This document shows positions 39,901 through 48,469 of a DNA stretch of 64,000 bases, piece by piece. The stretch spans positions 2,464,001-2,528,000 of the forward strand of contig OZ271918.1 in NCBI GenBank assembly GCA_965602015.1. Reading direction: 5' to 3'. Position numbers and translations under genes: made by a program. The number at the start of each line of letters is the position of its first letter. The stretch's first letter is position 1. This DNA is from Salinispira sp. Lineage in GTDB: Bacteria; Spirochaetota; Spirochaetia; DSM-27196; Salinispiraceae. Below the pieces are notes generated by a model, which was not told the DNA's origin, did no database searches, and saw only the letters and a program-made list of their open reading frames with translations.

Positions 39901-40058
39901 AGACCGGTTGCGAACGGGGGTCCATCAAAGAAAATAAACTCTTCCTGCCCATCTCGCTGATCGATGGATTTCTGAAAGATGTCGTTGCTTTTCCAGAATG
40001 AGAGGATGGATTCTTCCATCTTGGGAAAACTCACCCTGGAGTCTACCGCTTTATACAA
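36903..40058 (-). CDS. ileS: Isoleucine--tRNA ligase, type 2 (eukaryote/archaea-like)
   Basis: DGPPFATGLPHFGH, GWDCHGLP, WTTTPWTL, SRNRFWGNPIP, EGLDQTRGWF, KMSKS; IleRS2-type C-terminus (EG.VRDLVRGIQ.LRK). Confidence 0.97.
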   Translation of the reverse strand: MYKAVDSRVSFPKMEESILSFWKSNDIFQKSIDQRDGQEEFIFFDGPPFATGLPHFGHFVPGTIKDIIPRYQSMKGRKVQRRFGWDCHGLPVEYEMEKELGISGKSQIEEYGVAEFNEACRGIVLRYTAEWESTMTRMGRWVDFRNDYKTMDPDYMETIWWVFRQLWEKGLIYEGAYILPYSPKLATPLSNFEVNLGGYKDVHDPAITIRFTVKSDGQGKQDKTIKNGKLSFLAWTTTPWTLPSNLGLALGEDIDYLRITDGDEEFILAESRLSHYYKDESSYKIIGRMKGRDLAGWSYEPLFPYFAELHKEGAFKTHLGDFVTTEDGTGIVHIAPGFGEDDYQVLKHSGLPVLVPIDAECKFTDEIPDYAGLFVKDADRPIINALKENGKLVRRENYLHSYPHCYRTKAPLIYRAISSWFVDIEKIKKTMIDSNDTINWIPGHLQKGRFGKWLENAREWAISRNRFWGNPIPVWKCDECEETVCIGSRAELKEKSGVLVEDLHKHFVDDISWTCSCGKGTMKRVPEVLDCWFESGAMPYAQNHYPFENKNSFDANYPAHFIAEGLDQTRGWFYTLTVLAAALFEKPAFQNVIVNGLVLAEDGRKMSKSERNYSDPAEIINTYGADALRLFLMDSAVVKAEDLKYSDNGVKEVLKSVIIPLWNAYSFFVTYANIDKVKPESAPENPTNPLDRWILSAVETLVEEVTANMDAYDLQKAVDPVVKFIDQLNNWYIRRSRRRFWKSENDDDKLEAYGTLYEVLVKLVQVAAPFIPFISEEIYQNLKTPAMPYSVHLCDFPVVQGERRDGELEQKMSVTQQAVSMGRAIRSMHNLKVRQPLNAIHLVTRNRDEKNILIEMEDIIRDELNVKEVIFRDNEEDLVEYSAKANFRELGQKLGKDMKEAAAVIARFDAGEIQSLLDGNTLSMEFGNRSIDITEDSIIVQREEKEGLKVLNEGSLTVALDAVVTEELRQEGLVRDLVRGIQNLRKESGLEVTDRISIKLFAEEEMADAIASFEDYLKSEVLCDQLEMLNTTAGSVLESGEARVYIEISKL

Positions 40059-40141
40059 AACATGCTCCTGTGGGCTGAGGAATCGATCAAAGAGATCAAA
40101 AAGTCTGCCCGGAAAAAATGGTGAAAAGTGTTCGAGCTGAC

Positions 40142-40170
40142 ATAGTAATGACGTTAGTGTCCACAGTCAA
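40142..40170 (-). promoter_or_regulatory. Putative sigma70 promoter of ileS
   Basis: TTGACT-17 nt-TACTAT on the minus strand. Confidence 0.6.
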
Positions 40171-40256
40171 GTTGACCATCGCGGGCGGCAGGGCGACGCT
40201 TGCGGGGAATTTGTTTACCGAGACAGAGCATCGGCGCTGTGCTATAGTTCTTAACC

Positions 40257-41495
40257 ATGGCAGAAGCGAAAGAACGCATCCTGTTTTTATACCTATCCAC
40301 CGGCGGAGGGCATATATCTGCAGCCCGCGCCCTGGCTCAGGAAATTGAAGGCCGATACGCCCCTCATGAGGTGGAAGTCCATATTTTCGACGGCATCCCC
40401 AACAACGGTTCCGAGGTTCAGCGGGCTCTGGTGGAAAAAGGATACCGCTTCACCACTCTGACAATGCCCTTCCTGTGGAGCATCGTCTATCAAATATCGA
40501 ATATTCCCTTTGTGATGAACAGCCACACCAAGGCGATGAGTTTCTTTTCAACCAAATTTATCCGGAAATTTCTGAGGGAGCACAGTATTACCCGGGTAGT
40601 GAACCTGCACTTCCTGCTCAGCCGACCGCTTTTCCGGGCTCTCAGGCAGACCAGGCGTTTGGACATGCCGGTGGTTACCGTGGTAACCGACCCCTTTACA
40701 TCACACCCCATGTGGTACTACCGCCAGTTTGCTCCAGTAGTTGTTTTTTCCGAGAGGGCAGCCAAGGACGCCAGAAAGTACCTCCGCTGGCTTGGGCTGC
40801 CTTCGCTTCTTCTGCCCCGCCCCCGAACCATTACCAAACTACCCCCGATTCTCAGCTCCAAATTCAATAAGCCCATGTCCGCAGAGGCACGGCAGGATTT
40901 GCGCAAAGAATACGGTTTCTCCCCGGATAAGCGCCTCATTCTTATGGCCGGCGGGGGCGAGGGCCTTCCCAAAGGTGAGAAGTACCTCGAAGCCATCGCC
41001 AGGGCGGGGCTCGATGCTCAAATCGCATTTGTCTGCGGCCGCAACCTCAGTCAGTTCGAGCGGATTTCTGCCATTGCCCAGAAGTACCCTGGTGTTTCTA
41101 TTACGGTGTACGGCTTTGTTACTTTTATGTACGAGCTCATGAACATGTCCGATGTCATCGTCACCAAAGCCGGCCCCGCGACGATTTACGAGTCCCTCCT
41201 TCTTCAAAAGCCCCTCATTCTCACCCAGCGGCTCTACGGTCAGGAACAGGGTAATGTGGATTTCGTCGTAAACAACAAGCTCGGCTGGTTTATACAAAAA
41301 CCCCGGATAATGGTTGCTCAAATCGAGGAAATACTCGAAAAGCCGGAAATATTTACCCAGACCATAGAGAACATTAAAAAAGCACATATCAAAAACGGCT
41401 GCGAGCAGGTCGTTGATTACATACTTTCCCTGCCTTCAAAACCTGCCAAGCGCAACAAGCTGATGGACATGCTCTACAGCCCGAAGCACCGCTAA
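40257..41495 (+). CDS. MGDG synthase / UgtP-like GT28 glycosyltransferase
   Basis: STGGGH.SAA.AL, TVVTD, GGGEG, CGRN, GFV..M.ELM..SD..VTKAGP.TI.E, GQEQGN. Confidence 0.88.
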   Translation: MAEAKERILFLYLSTGGGHISAARALAQEIEGRYAPHEVEVHIFDGIPNNGSEVQRALVEKGYRFTTLTMPFLWSIVYQISNIPFVMNSHTKAMSFFSTKFIRKFLREHSITRVVNLHFLLSRPLFRALRQTRRLDMPVVTVVTDPFTSHPMWYYRQFAPVVVFSERAAKDARKYLRWLGLPSLLLPRPRTITKLPPILSSKFNKPMSAEARQDLRKEYGFSPDKRLILMAGGGEGLPKGEKYLEAIARAGLDAQIAFVCGRNLSQFERISAIAQKYPGVSITVYGFVTFMYELMNMSDVIVTKAGPATIYESLLLQKPLILTQRLYGQEQGNVDFVVNNKLGWFIQKPRIMVAQIEEILEKPEIFTQTIENIKKAHIKNGCEQVVDYILSLPSKPAKRNKLMDMLYSPKHR

Positions 41496-41536
41496 CACGG
41501 GGATTCGGGCACCGGAACATCCGGCGCTCCGAACTA

Positions 41537-41566
41537 TTGCCCTTGCGCGGCGTTTACTGCTAGAGT
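41537..41566 (+). promoter_or_regulatory. Putative promoter of the ABC-F leader
   Basis: TTGCCC-18 nt-TAGAGT with an extended -10 TGn. Confidence 0.45.
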
Positions 41567-41635
41567 AAAAGCATCACAACGGAGCCGTATCGCAGATTGC
41601 CTTGAGGGATTTCCCGGCCCGTTTACGGAGCAGAA

Positions 41636-41653
41636 ATGATAGACAAAAAATAG
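41636..41653 (+). other. Putative leader uORF MIDKK*
   Basis: GGAG SD (41627-41630) 5 nt before ATG ATA GAC AAA AAA TAG; overlaps the 5' arm of the leader hairpin. Confidence 0.55.
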
Positions 41654-41698
41654 GGAGAACCAGACAGACTTCAGCGGCCCGTTCCCCTTATTTTTTTT
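41645..41698 (+). terminator. Putative attenuator terminator in the ABC-F 5' leader
   Basis: AAAAAATAGGGAGAAC (41645-60) pairs imperfectly with GTTCCCCTTATTTTTT (41681-96); T8 tract at 41691-98. Confidence 0.55.
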
Positions 41699-41729
41699 GC
41701 CGCTCATATCGAACCTCAGGAGGTTGCGA

Positions 41730-43247
41730 ATGAGCAGTCAATTTCTGCACATTTCCCATCTACATTTTAGCTATCCCGACAGCAGCGACCCGGTGTTCAC
41801 CGACCTTTCTCTTGCATTCGCTACCGGGTGGACCGCAGTGGCCGGCGCCAACGGATGCGGCAAATCAACCTTGTTGAAGCTCATCGGAAACGAGCTCATG
41901 CCCGCAGCGGGCAGCATCGCACCCAATATACCGGCGCTGTACTGTCCCCAGGAAGCGCACCAGCCGCCTCCCGGTCTGGAGGACTTCTATGCCGACGTAT
42001 ATGAGGGACAAAGCGATGCCGGCCGGCTGTTCTCCTCGTTGGGCATGGATTACGACTGGCCCTATCGTTGGGATAGTCTGAGCTTCGGCGAGCGAAAACG
42101 GGCTCAAATCGGCGTGGCCCTCTATGCGGCCCCGGGAGTTTTGCTGCTCGACGAACCGGCCAATCACCTCGATGAAAGCGGAAGAACGCTCCTCATACAA
42201 TCCCTGTCCCGGTTCCGGGGAATCGGTCTTCTGGTAAGTCATGACCGGGCGCTGATGGATGAGCTCTGCCCGTCTACCCTGCTTTTTGATGCCGACCCGC
42301 CCAGGATATATAACTGCCCATGGTCGACCGCCAGAGCTGAACTGGATGGAGAGAACCGCCGGCTGCGGAGGGTATATGAGCAGGAAAAAAAAGAGGAACG
42401 GCGCTTAAAACAGGAGCTTCAGAGACGGAGAGAGGAGAATGACCGGCATCAAAAAGACTTTTCAAAACGCGGGCTCGGGAAAAAAGATTTTGACGCCAAG
42501 GCTGCGGTGGATCAGGCCAGGCTCAGCGGGCGGAACGCCATCGGCGAGGGCAAGATAAGGCATATGGATCAACGCCTCAAGCGCCATCAAAATAGCATAG
42601 CGCCGCCGCCGGCCGTGGAGAAAACCGGAGTGAAATTCAGCGCTCAGGCATTTAAATCGGATTCCTTTTTTAGCCTGGGGCCCGGAAGCATTCCCCTGGG
42701 AAGCGACGGACGGCGGCTTGTCTTTCCCGAGCTGTCCATGAAGGCGGGAGAGAAAATTGCCCTGTCCGGTGAAAACGGCTCGGGAAAGACGAGTCTGCTG
42801 AAGCATATTGTGCGCAGCTTACCGGCTTCAGTCGGCGAAATTCTCTATCTGCCCCAGGAGTTGAGCGAAAACAGCATCGATGCGCTGGTAAGGGAAATTC
42901 ATAAGCTTGATAACGACCGCCGGGGCGAGCTGCTCTCCCATTTTTCCCGATTGAACGGAGACCCCCGTTCCATGCTCACCATCCACCGGCCAAGCCCCGG
43001 TGAAAGCCGAAAACTCGCTTTGGCCCGGGGACTGTTGGACAAAACGCCGATGATGATCCTCGACGAACCGGGGAATCACCTCGATCTGCCGTCAATCACC
43101 GCCATTGAGTCGGCCATAGCACAGTATGACGGCGCTGTTCTTGTGGTCAGCCATGACCGGCGGTTTCGGGAAAATCTCTGCAATGATGAATGGCGCATTA
43201 CCCGCTCAGACAGCGGCTCATCCCTGGCCATTTTTTCTGCAGTTTGA
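41730..43247 (+). CDS. ABC-F family ATP-binding protein (ribosome-associated; possible antibiotic-protection type)
   Basis: Two NBDs without TM domains (GANGCGKST / GENGSGKT, LDEPANHLD / LDEPGNHLD, VSHDR twice) and a charged inter-NBD linker. ATG 41730 after AGGAGG. Confidence 0.88.
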   Translation: MSSQFLHISHLHFSYPDSSDPVFTDLSLAFATGWTAVAGANGCGKSTLLKLIGNELMPAAGSIAPNIPALYCPQEAHQPPPGLEDFYADVYEGQSDAGRLFSSLGMDYDWPYRWDSLSFGERKRAQIGVALYAAPGVLLLDEPANHLDESGRTLLIQSLSRFRGIGLLVSHDRALMDELCPSTLLFDADPPRIYNCPWSTARAELDGENRRLRRVYEQEKKEERRLKQELQRRREENDRHQKDFSKRGLGKKDFDAKAAVDQARLSGRNAIGEGKIRHMDQRLKRHQNSIAPPPAVEKTGVKFSAQAFKSDSFFSLGPGSIPLGSDGRRLVFPELSMKAGEKIALSGENGSGKTSLLKHIVRSLPASVGEILYLPQELSENSIDALVREIHKLDNDRRGELLSHFSRLNGDPRSMLTIHRPSPGESRKLALARGLLDKTPMMILDEPGNHLDLPSITAIESAIAQYDGAVLVVSHDRRFRENLCNDEWRITRSDSGSSLAIFSAV

Positions 43248-44351
43248 ATTTCACTCCGTGTGAGGGGTATATTAGAGGATATCAAAAACGGAGAGTCTTT
43301 GTGAGTAAGCGCCTATCTAAAAAAAGAATAAGACGGTTCGTCAGCCGGCGGGTTACCGTCGGGCTGTTAGCAGTTTTGCTGATTGCCCTCATCGGCTGCA
43401 GTCAGCCTCAAATTGATCCGGGTGATCTGCTGATCAGCCTGGAATCCCGCCATGAGCTCAGTCTTGAGGTTAATGCGGCTAGCGGAGCATTGACCGCAGT
43501 TCATATCATAGAAGTCAATGCGGATACCCAGAACGGCAGTTCTTACCGTTGGCTCATAAACGGCAGAGACCCCTCGTCCATTGGCTATGAGGTGCTGGAA
43601 GGCAGCGAAAATCGGCTTCGGGTGCGGATTCCCGAGAGCGCGAAGGGCGATATCGAAATCAGCCATGTCCTATCTGCGGGCAATGCGGAAAACAGCGAAA
43701 GTCTGACCCTCAACGCATCCCCGGCGGATTACGATCCCCTCACGGAGCCAAGCGACGCCATACTGCTGCCGGGCTCAACGACACCCCGCGATGTATACCT
43801 GATTTTTCACAACAACAGACCCCAGCCGGTTTCCAGCGATATCAGGGTCGGCCCAAGAGCCTCCTCTTCGCCGGCCCCCGTCAGCAGAAGACAAAGTCCG
43901 GCAGCCCGGGAACGGGGATTCGCCGTAGGCCCCGCCTGGCCGGGGTTGCGGAACCTGGGAGCCCCGGAGCATATATGGCGGTTTAACCGGGATGTCCGGG
44001 AGAACATGCCGGCTTATAGCCGAAGCCGCAGCCGCAGCATTACCGGCCCCCAAAGCAACCCTCTGCCCCAGATCGGCGATGTAGATACCTTCCGGGTTGA
44101 CGGGACTGTCAGCGGGAAGGACAGCATCGACGCGACCCTTCGCTGGCAGCACACAAAATCCGTCACCATAGACGGGGCGACAAAAGATAAAACCGTAAAT
44201 ATCTGGGTAGGCGCAGAGTGGGAGAACTTCGCCACAAACAATGCCAATGATGCGGTCATAGGAGGCGATTTTGCCTTTGACGCAGTGCCCAATGCCTACA
44301 TTCAGGATCACCCTGAACCGCCCCGGGAATCCCGGAGAGTGTTTTGTATGA

Positions 44352-45251
44352 CTACAGCCCGCTGGCTGCGTCTTGCAGTTGATCATAATATGCCTTCTCA
44401 AACTCTGCCGGAGGCATATATCCCAGGATTTCATAAATCCGTTTATTGTTGTACCAGCTTACCCATTCCAGCGTAGCAGCCTCAATAGCATCCAGGTTTT
44501 TCCACGGTCCTTTACGGTAGATCATTTCGGATTTGTACAGTCCGTTTATGGTTTCAGCCAGCGCGTTGTCATATGAGCTGCCTACACTCCCAACAGATGG
44601 GGCAATGCCTTCTTCTGCTAAGCGGTCAGAATACCGGATTGACAGATACTGGCTCCCACGATCACTGTGGTGGATCAGCCCATTTTCAGGTTGCCTTGCC
44701 CACAGGGCTTGTTCCAGAGCATCCAGCGTCAGCTCTGCGCTCATGGACCTCGAGGCACGCCATCCGACGATCATTCGTGAAAATACATCGATGATAAATG
44801 CCACATATACAAAACCCACCCAAGACGCGCAATAAGTGAAATCCGCCACCCACAGCTGATTCGGACGGTCGGCACTGAATTCCCTGTGCACCAAATCGAG
44901 CGGACGTTCATTTTTCGGGTCCGGTACTGTGGTTCGCACCTTGCGGCCTCGTATGACGCCTTTAAGCCCCATGACAGCCATGAGACGGGCCACGGTACAT
45001 CGTGCGATCTGGAATCCTTCTCGCTTCAGCTGGTGCCAGACCTTGCGAACGCCGTAAACCTCATAATTCTCATCCCAAACCCTCTGGATCTCTGGCTTCA
45101 GGATTTCATCGCGCTTTACCCTTGCGGGAGCTGTTTCAGGGTGTTTTACTCGCTTTTTCTGTTCGTAGTACACCGAAGGAGCGATTGGCACCTGAGTACA
45201 AATCGGCTCGACCCCATAGTCATCGCGGTGTTCATCAATGAAGCAGACTAT
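44352..45251 (-). CDS. IS3 transposase OrfB (rve integrase core); expressed as OrfAB via -1 frameshift
   Basis: YGVRKVW, WVADFTY, HHSDRGSQY, DNALAE..NGLYK.E. The frame extends upstream of the tracked start (IVCFIDEHRDDYGVEPIC). Confidence 0.92.
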   Translation of the reverse strand: MVCFIDEHRDDYGVEPICTQVPIAPSVYYEQKKRVKHPETAPARVKRDEILKPEIQRVWDENYEVYGVRKVWHQLKREGFQIARCTVARLMAVMGLKGVIRGRKVRTTVPDPKNERPLDLVHREFSADRPNQLWVADFTYCASWVGFVYVAFIIDVFSRMIVGWRASRSMSAELTLDALEQALWARQPENGLIHHSDRGSQYLSIRYSDRLAEEGIAPSVGSVGSSYDNALAETINGLYKSEMIYRKGPWKNLDAIEAATLEWVSWYNNKRIYEILGYMPPAEFEKAYYDQLQDAASGL

Positions 45252-45574
45252 TTCTTGTGTTGGCGGTCGAGCTCCGCCTTCGCGAAATATGCGGAAGCCA
45301 GACGTAGAATCTCATTGGCTTTCTTGAGCTCCCGGTTCTCCCGCTCGAGCTCCTTGATTCGCTTCTTCTCGTCGGTTGTAAGTCCCTCCCGACTACCATT
45401 ATCTTTCTCGGCTTGGCGAACCCACCGCCGTAACGTCTCTGCAGTACAGCCTATCTTTTCAGCTATCGACTCAATTGCGGCCCACTGAGAATCATATTCA
45501 CCTTTGGCGGCGAATACCATGCGGATTGCCCGCTCCTTAACTTCCTCAGAAAACCTGCTGTTTTTCTTTACCAT
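45248..45574 (-). CDS. IS3 transposase OrfA
   Basis: RFSEEVKERA, IAEKIGC..ETLRRWVRQ HTH, leucine zipper ELERENRELKKANEIL, AYFAKAELDR. Confidence 0.93.
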   Translation of the reverse strand: MVKKNSRFSEEVKERAIRMVFAAKGEYDSQWAAIESIAEKIGCTAETLRRWVRQAEKDNGSREGLTTDEKKRIKELERENRELKKANEILRLASAYFAKAELDRQHKK

Positions 45575-46701
45575 GACTCCATCCTCTCACAAGATTTTGT
45601 CTCCGGTAAAGCCGGGGCGGTTCACCCCGACAGCCTCATCGATGTACTGGGAGACGCGTTTTTCTCCGACGACGGCAGCCAGGATATTTACCAGTTGGTG
45701 ACCAATCTTATCGGCGAAGAGTGGGGCCCCACGGGCTTCACCAATCTGATAGCCGAGAGGGATGCGGTAGACATTCTCTTATACGACATCGATGCGGACT
45801 GGAGTGTGGCCGCGGGAAAAACCGTCGGGTACTTTTGGGCAAAGGACAACTTCACCGCATCGGACGTTTCCAACAGCAACGAAAGAATTATGTTCTACAT
45901 GGACGCGCCATTTCTTCACTACACCGAGGCATTCTGGGCGGACGCCAAGGGAGTCCTGATTTCCACCCTAGCTCATGAGCTGCAGCATATGATCAGTTTT
46001 TATCAGCGCTGGGTTCGCGGAGGCCAGCTCGACGGAACCTGGATGGAGGAAATGATGTCCCTGATGGTGGAAGACCTGGTTGCCGACGCCATTGCCGTCG
46101 AGCCGCCGGTATATCGCCTGGATACCTTCAACGCCTATCCCGAGGAAAGCCTGACCAATTGGCCCGGACGGGGTTCGGACTCCCTGGACTTCGGCAAAGC
46201 TTATGCAACCAGCTATGCCTACGGGGCCTACCTGCTGCGCAACTACGGCGGAGCGGACTTTCTGGCTGCCCTCTATGCTGCCGACGCGGCGGACAGCGAA
46301 GCGGTAAGCGCTGCCATAGCGGCCCAAAGCGGCGGGAGCGGCCCTGATTTTGCCGGGTCCCTGGTCGACTGGGCAATTGCGGCCCTCGCCAGCAGCCGGG
46401 GAGCGCTGAGCGCAAGCCCCTTCAGTTACGGCGCGTATTCCGGGAGCCTCGGAACGGTAAGCTATAATCTCTCTGCCATAGATCTGGGTGCAATCCCCCA
46501 GTTTTTCGGAGAGGGCAGTCTGGGCCCCGGGGGAGTATTCGTCTTTAGCGACTCCGACAGAATCCCCGTGGATCTGGGGGAGAACATCCCGCCGAACAGC
46601 AATGTATTCTTCAGGGCCGCATCCGGGGCCGACGGAACGGTGACGGTTCCCGTTATTTTTCCGCCGGGACTCTCGGTGACAGTCGTAGTACAATAGGACG
46701 C

Positions 46702-47115
46702 ATGATGAGACGAAGTATTGCAGGAATAGTAGCGCTGGTGTTTTTGGGATCGGTGCTGGCCGCCTCGGGCCAGGAGGAACTTCCCGGCCGGCTGCACGGA
46801 AGCCGGCCGCTGCCCGCAGAGCCCGTCGAACTCACCGGGGTCGTCCGCATGATCGGATCTTCGCTGGAGTCCAGTCCGGCCCTTATTCTCGATGAGCAGA
46901 GCATACAGAACCTTGACGGCAGGTACAGCGCTCTGGGCATCATCGGTTCCGGTGCCGCCGCCCTGGTGGAAAACTTCCAGGGTCAGGAAGTGACGGTGAT
47001 GGTAATGGTACTGGACAGGGAACGCTATGACCGGCAGTACCGTGAGACCTACCCCCTCTCCTACCGGCTATTTCAGGGATTCGCCCTGATAGAAGAACCG
47101 GGAAGTGCTCCCTAA
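46702..47115 (+). CDS. Small exported hypothetical protein
   Basis: Signal peptide, 137 aa, AGGA SD; lies between the two peptidase genes. Confidence 0.65.
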   Translation: MMRRSIAGIVALVFLGSVLAASGQEELPGRLHGSRPLPAEPVELTGVVRMIGSSLESSPALILDEQSIQNLDGRYSALGIIGSGAAALVENFQGQEVTVMVMVLDRERYDRQYRETYPLSYRLFQGFALIEEPGSAP

Positions 47116-48469
47116 GATTCGTCTCCTCGCCGGACTGACCCTGCTGGTGATGGCGCTGAGCGGGGGCTGCGCCCTGGTATACCCGGGCAATTATCGCAAT
47201 TTCACCGTACCCGATCTGTCAAACGGCATGCCTCACGAAGTAAGGACCCAGCTGGTTTTCACCGGCGAGCATGTTGAATTGTACCTGGAAAGGGGAAAGC
47301 AGATTGTCAGGAGCAAACTGGACTCCATAGGCGGAGAACTCGACGCCGAACTCGTCCCCCGAATATCCGAACGCTTCGCCGAACCCTCGGATATCGACGG
47401 CAACCGGAGGGTAATTGTTGTACTGATGGACATTCGGGACGGTTTTGACCCCGACGAAAGCCAGTACGTCGCCGGTTTTTTTCTCAGAAAGGACATCGAC
47501 GGCGGCCTGTTGAGCAACCGGGGCGAGATCCTCTACCTGGATATCAGCCCGGGGCTGGAATACTCCGGGGGCAGGCAGACACTTATGTACACCGCCGCCC
47601 ACGAGTTATTTCACCTCATCGATTACTCCCTCGGTTTTCGCAGGGACACCTGGCTTTCCGAGGGACTGGCCCTGGCTGCCGAACAGGCATATACGGCTTC
47701 AGTTGTAGAATACCGGGCTGAGCTGTTCGCCGCCGGAGGCGCTCTAGACGGCGGACCTCCGGCCATTGCCCGGGGCAATCATTTTTATCACTGGGATTCC
47801 CCTGCCGGCGCCGGAGATTACGCGTCGGCCTACGCATTTTTTCACTGGCTTTTGTCATCGGCTGCGCCCCATGGGGCATCCACTCATGCGGTGTTCGCAT
47901 CAGGCGCCGGTAACGGCGAAGAGCTCATGGCAGCGTTGGCGGAGTTTCCCGAGTTCGATTATGCCGGGGAAATGCCCGATCTGTTGTTGGCCTGGCACCG
48001 GCAAAGCGCCGCCAACGCCGCGGGCTGGACCGGGTGGAACACCGGCGGGGCCTACGGCAACGATCCCGATCTGGCAGCAGCCCTGGCCGATGCCCGAATC
48101 TTCGCCCCGGCCCAATGGTACTCCGGGAGGACAGATGCGCGGCTGTATCCCGGAGACGCCATATACATCACCGGCCATGAGCAAAGCGGATGGTCGCCGG
48201 GGGCAGCGGGTCCGAATATTTCATTTTGGGGTCTTACCGGCAACGCAGCGGATACCGCCGTCCAGGCGGTGGATGCTGACCACCACATGCTGATAGTCTT
48301 TAACCGGAACCCGGATCCATACGGTCCGCCGGAGCCCGTCGGGCTGCTGCCCGCAGCTTCCGGGCAGCCCGCCACCGCTGACCTGAGCGAGGCTCGGCGG
48401 GAAAACCACAGCCGGAAACCCTCTTCAGCGCCCCGGTACCGGGCGGTACCGGCGCCGCCGGGGTATTAG
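47105..48469 (+). CDS. M30/neutral-metalloprotease-like lipoprotein
   Basis: Lipobox SGGC, DIDGN.RV...DI, VAGFF, SN.GEILYLD, TAAHELFHLI, WLSEGLA. Confidence 0.78.
   Translation: MLPKIRLLAGLTLLVMALSGGCALVYPGNYRNFTVPDLSNGMPHEVRTQLVFTGEHVELYLERGKQIVRSKLDSIGGELDAELVPRISERFAEPSDIDGNRRVIVVLMDIRDGFDPDESQYVAGFFLRKDIDGGLLSNRGEILYLDISPGLEYSGGRQTLMYTAAHELFHLIDYSLGFRRDTWLSEGLALAAEQAYTASVVEYRAELFAAGGALDGGPPAIARGNHFYHWDSPAGAGDYASAYAFFHWLLSSAAPHGASTHAVFASGAGNGEELMAALAEFPEFDYAGEMPDLLLAWHRQSAANAAGWTGWNTGGAYGNDPDLAAALADARIFAPAQWYSGRTDARLYPGDAIYITGHEQSGWSPGAAGPNISFWGLTGNAADTAVQAVDADHHMLIVFNRNPDPYGPPEPVGLLPAASGQPATADLSEARRENHSRKPSSAPRYRAVPAPPGY

Larger units (their letters stand above)
44314..45624 (-). mobile_element. 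IS3-family insertion sequence (IS51/IS629-like group), 1311 bp
   Basis: Ends TGAACCGCCCCGG...CCGGGGCGGTTCA. 3-bp TSD CCC (44311-13, 45625-27). orfA plus orfB. Confidence 0.95.
43301..46696 (+). pseudogene. M30-like zinc metallopeptidase lipoprotein interrupted by an IS3 element
   Basis: GTG 43301, lipobox LIGC. Removing the IS and one CCC copy restores one frame (...IQDHPDSLIDVLGDAFF...YQLVTNLIGEEWG...), 693 aa, with TLAHELQH and WMEEMMS motifs. Confidence 0.85.

Noticed and set aside
40059..40141. T-box or riboswitch upstream of ileS (also checked valS, hisS, cysS, glyA)
   Set aside because: Leaders are short and I see no T-box motif or terminator.
43190..44476. 428-aa ORF as a complete gene
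   Set aside because: It is the 5' half of the interrupted peptidase reading into the IS3 end; the true start is probably GTG 43301.
45642..45675. 8-nt matches to the starts of both spacers (ATGTACTG, CCGACGAC); similar short hits near 14762, 21129 and 31557
   Set aside because: 8-9-mers are expected by chance in 64 kb, with no extension and no consistent PAM. No protospacer found in the window.
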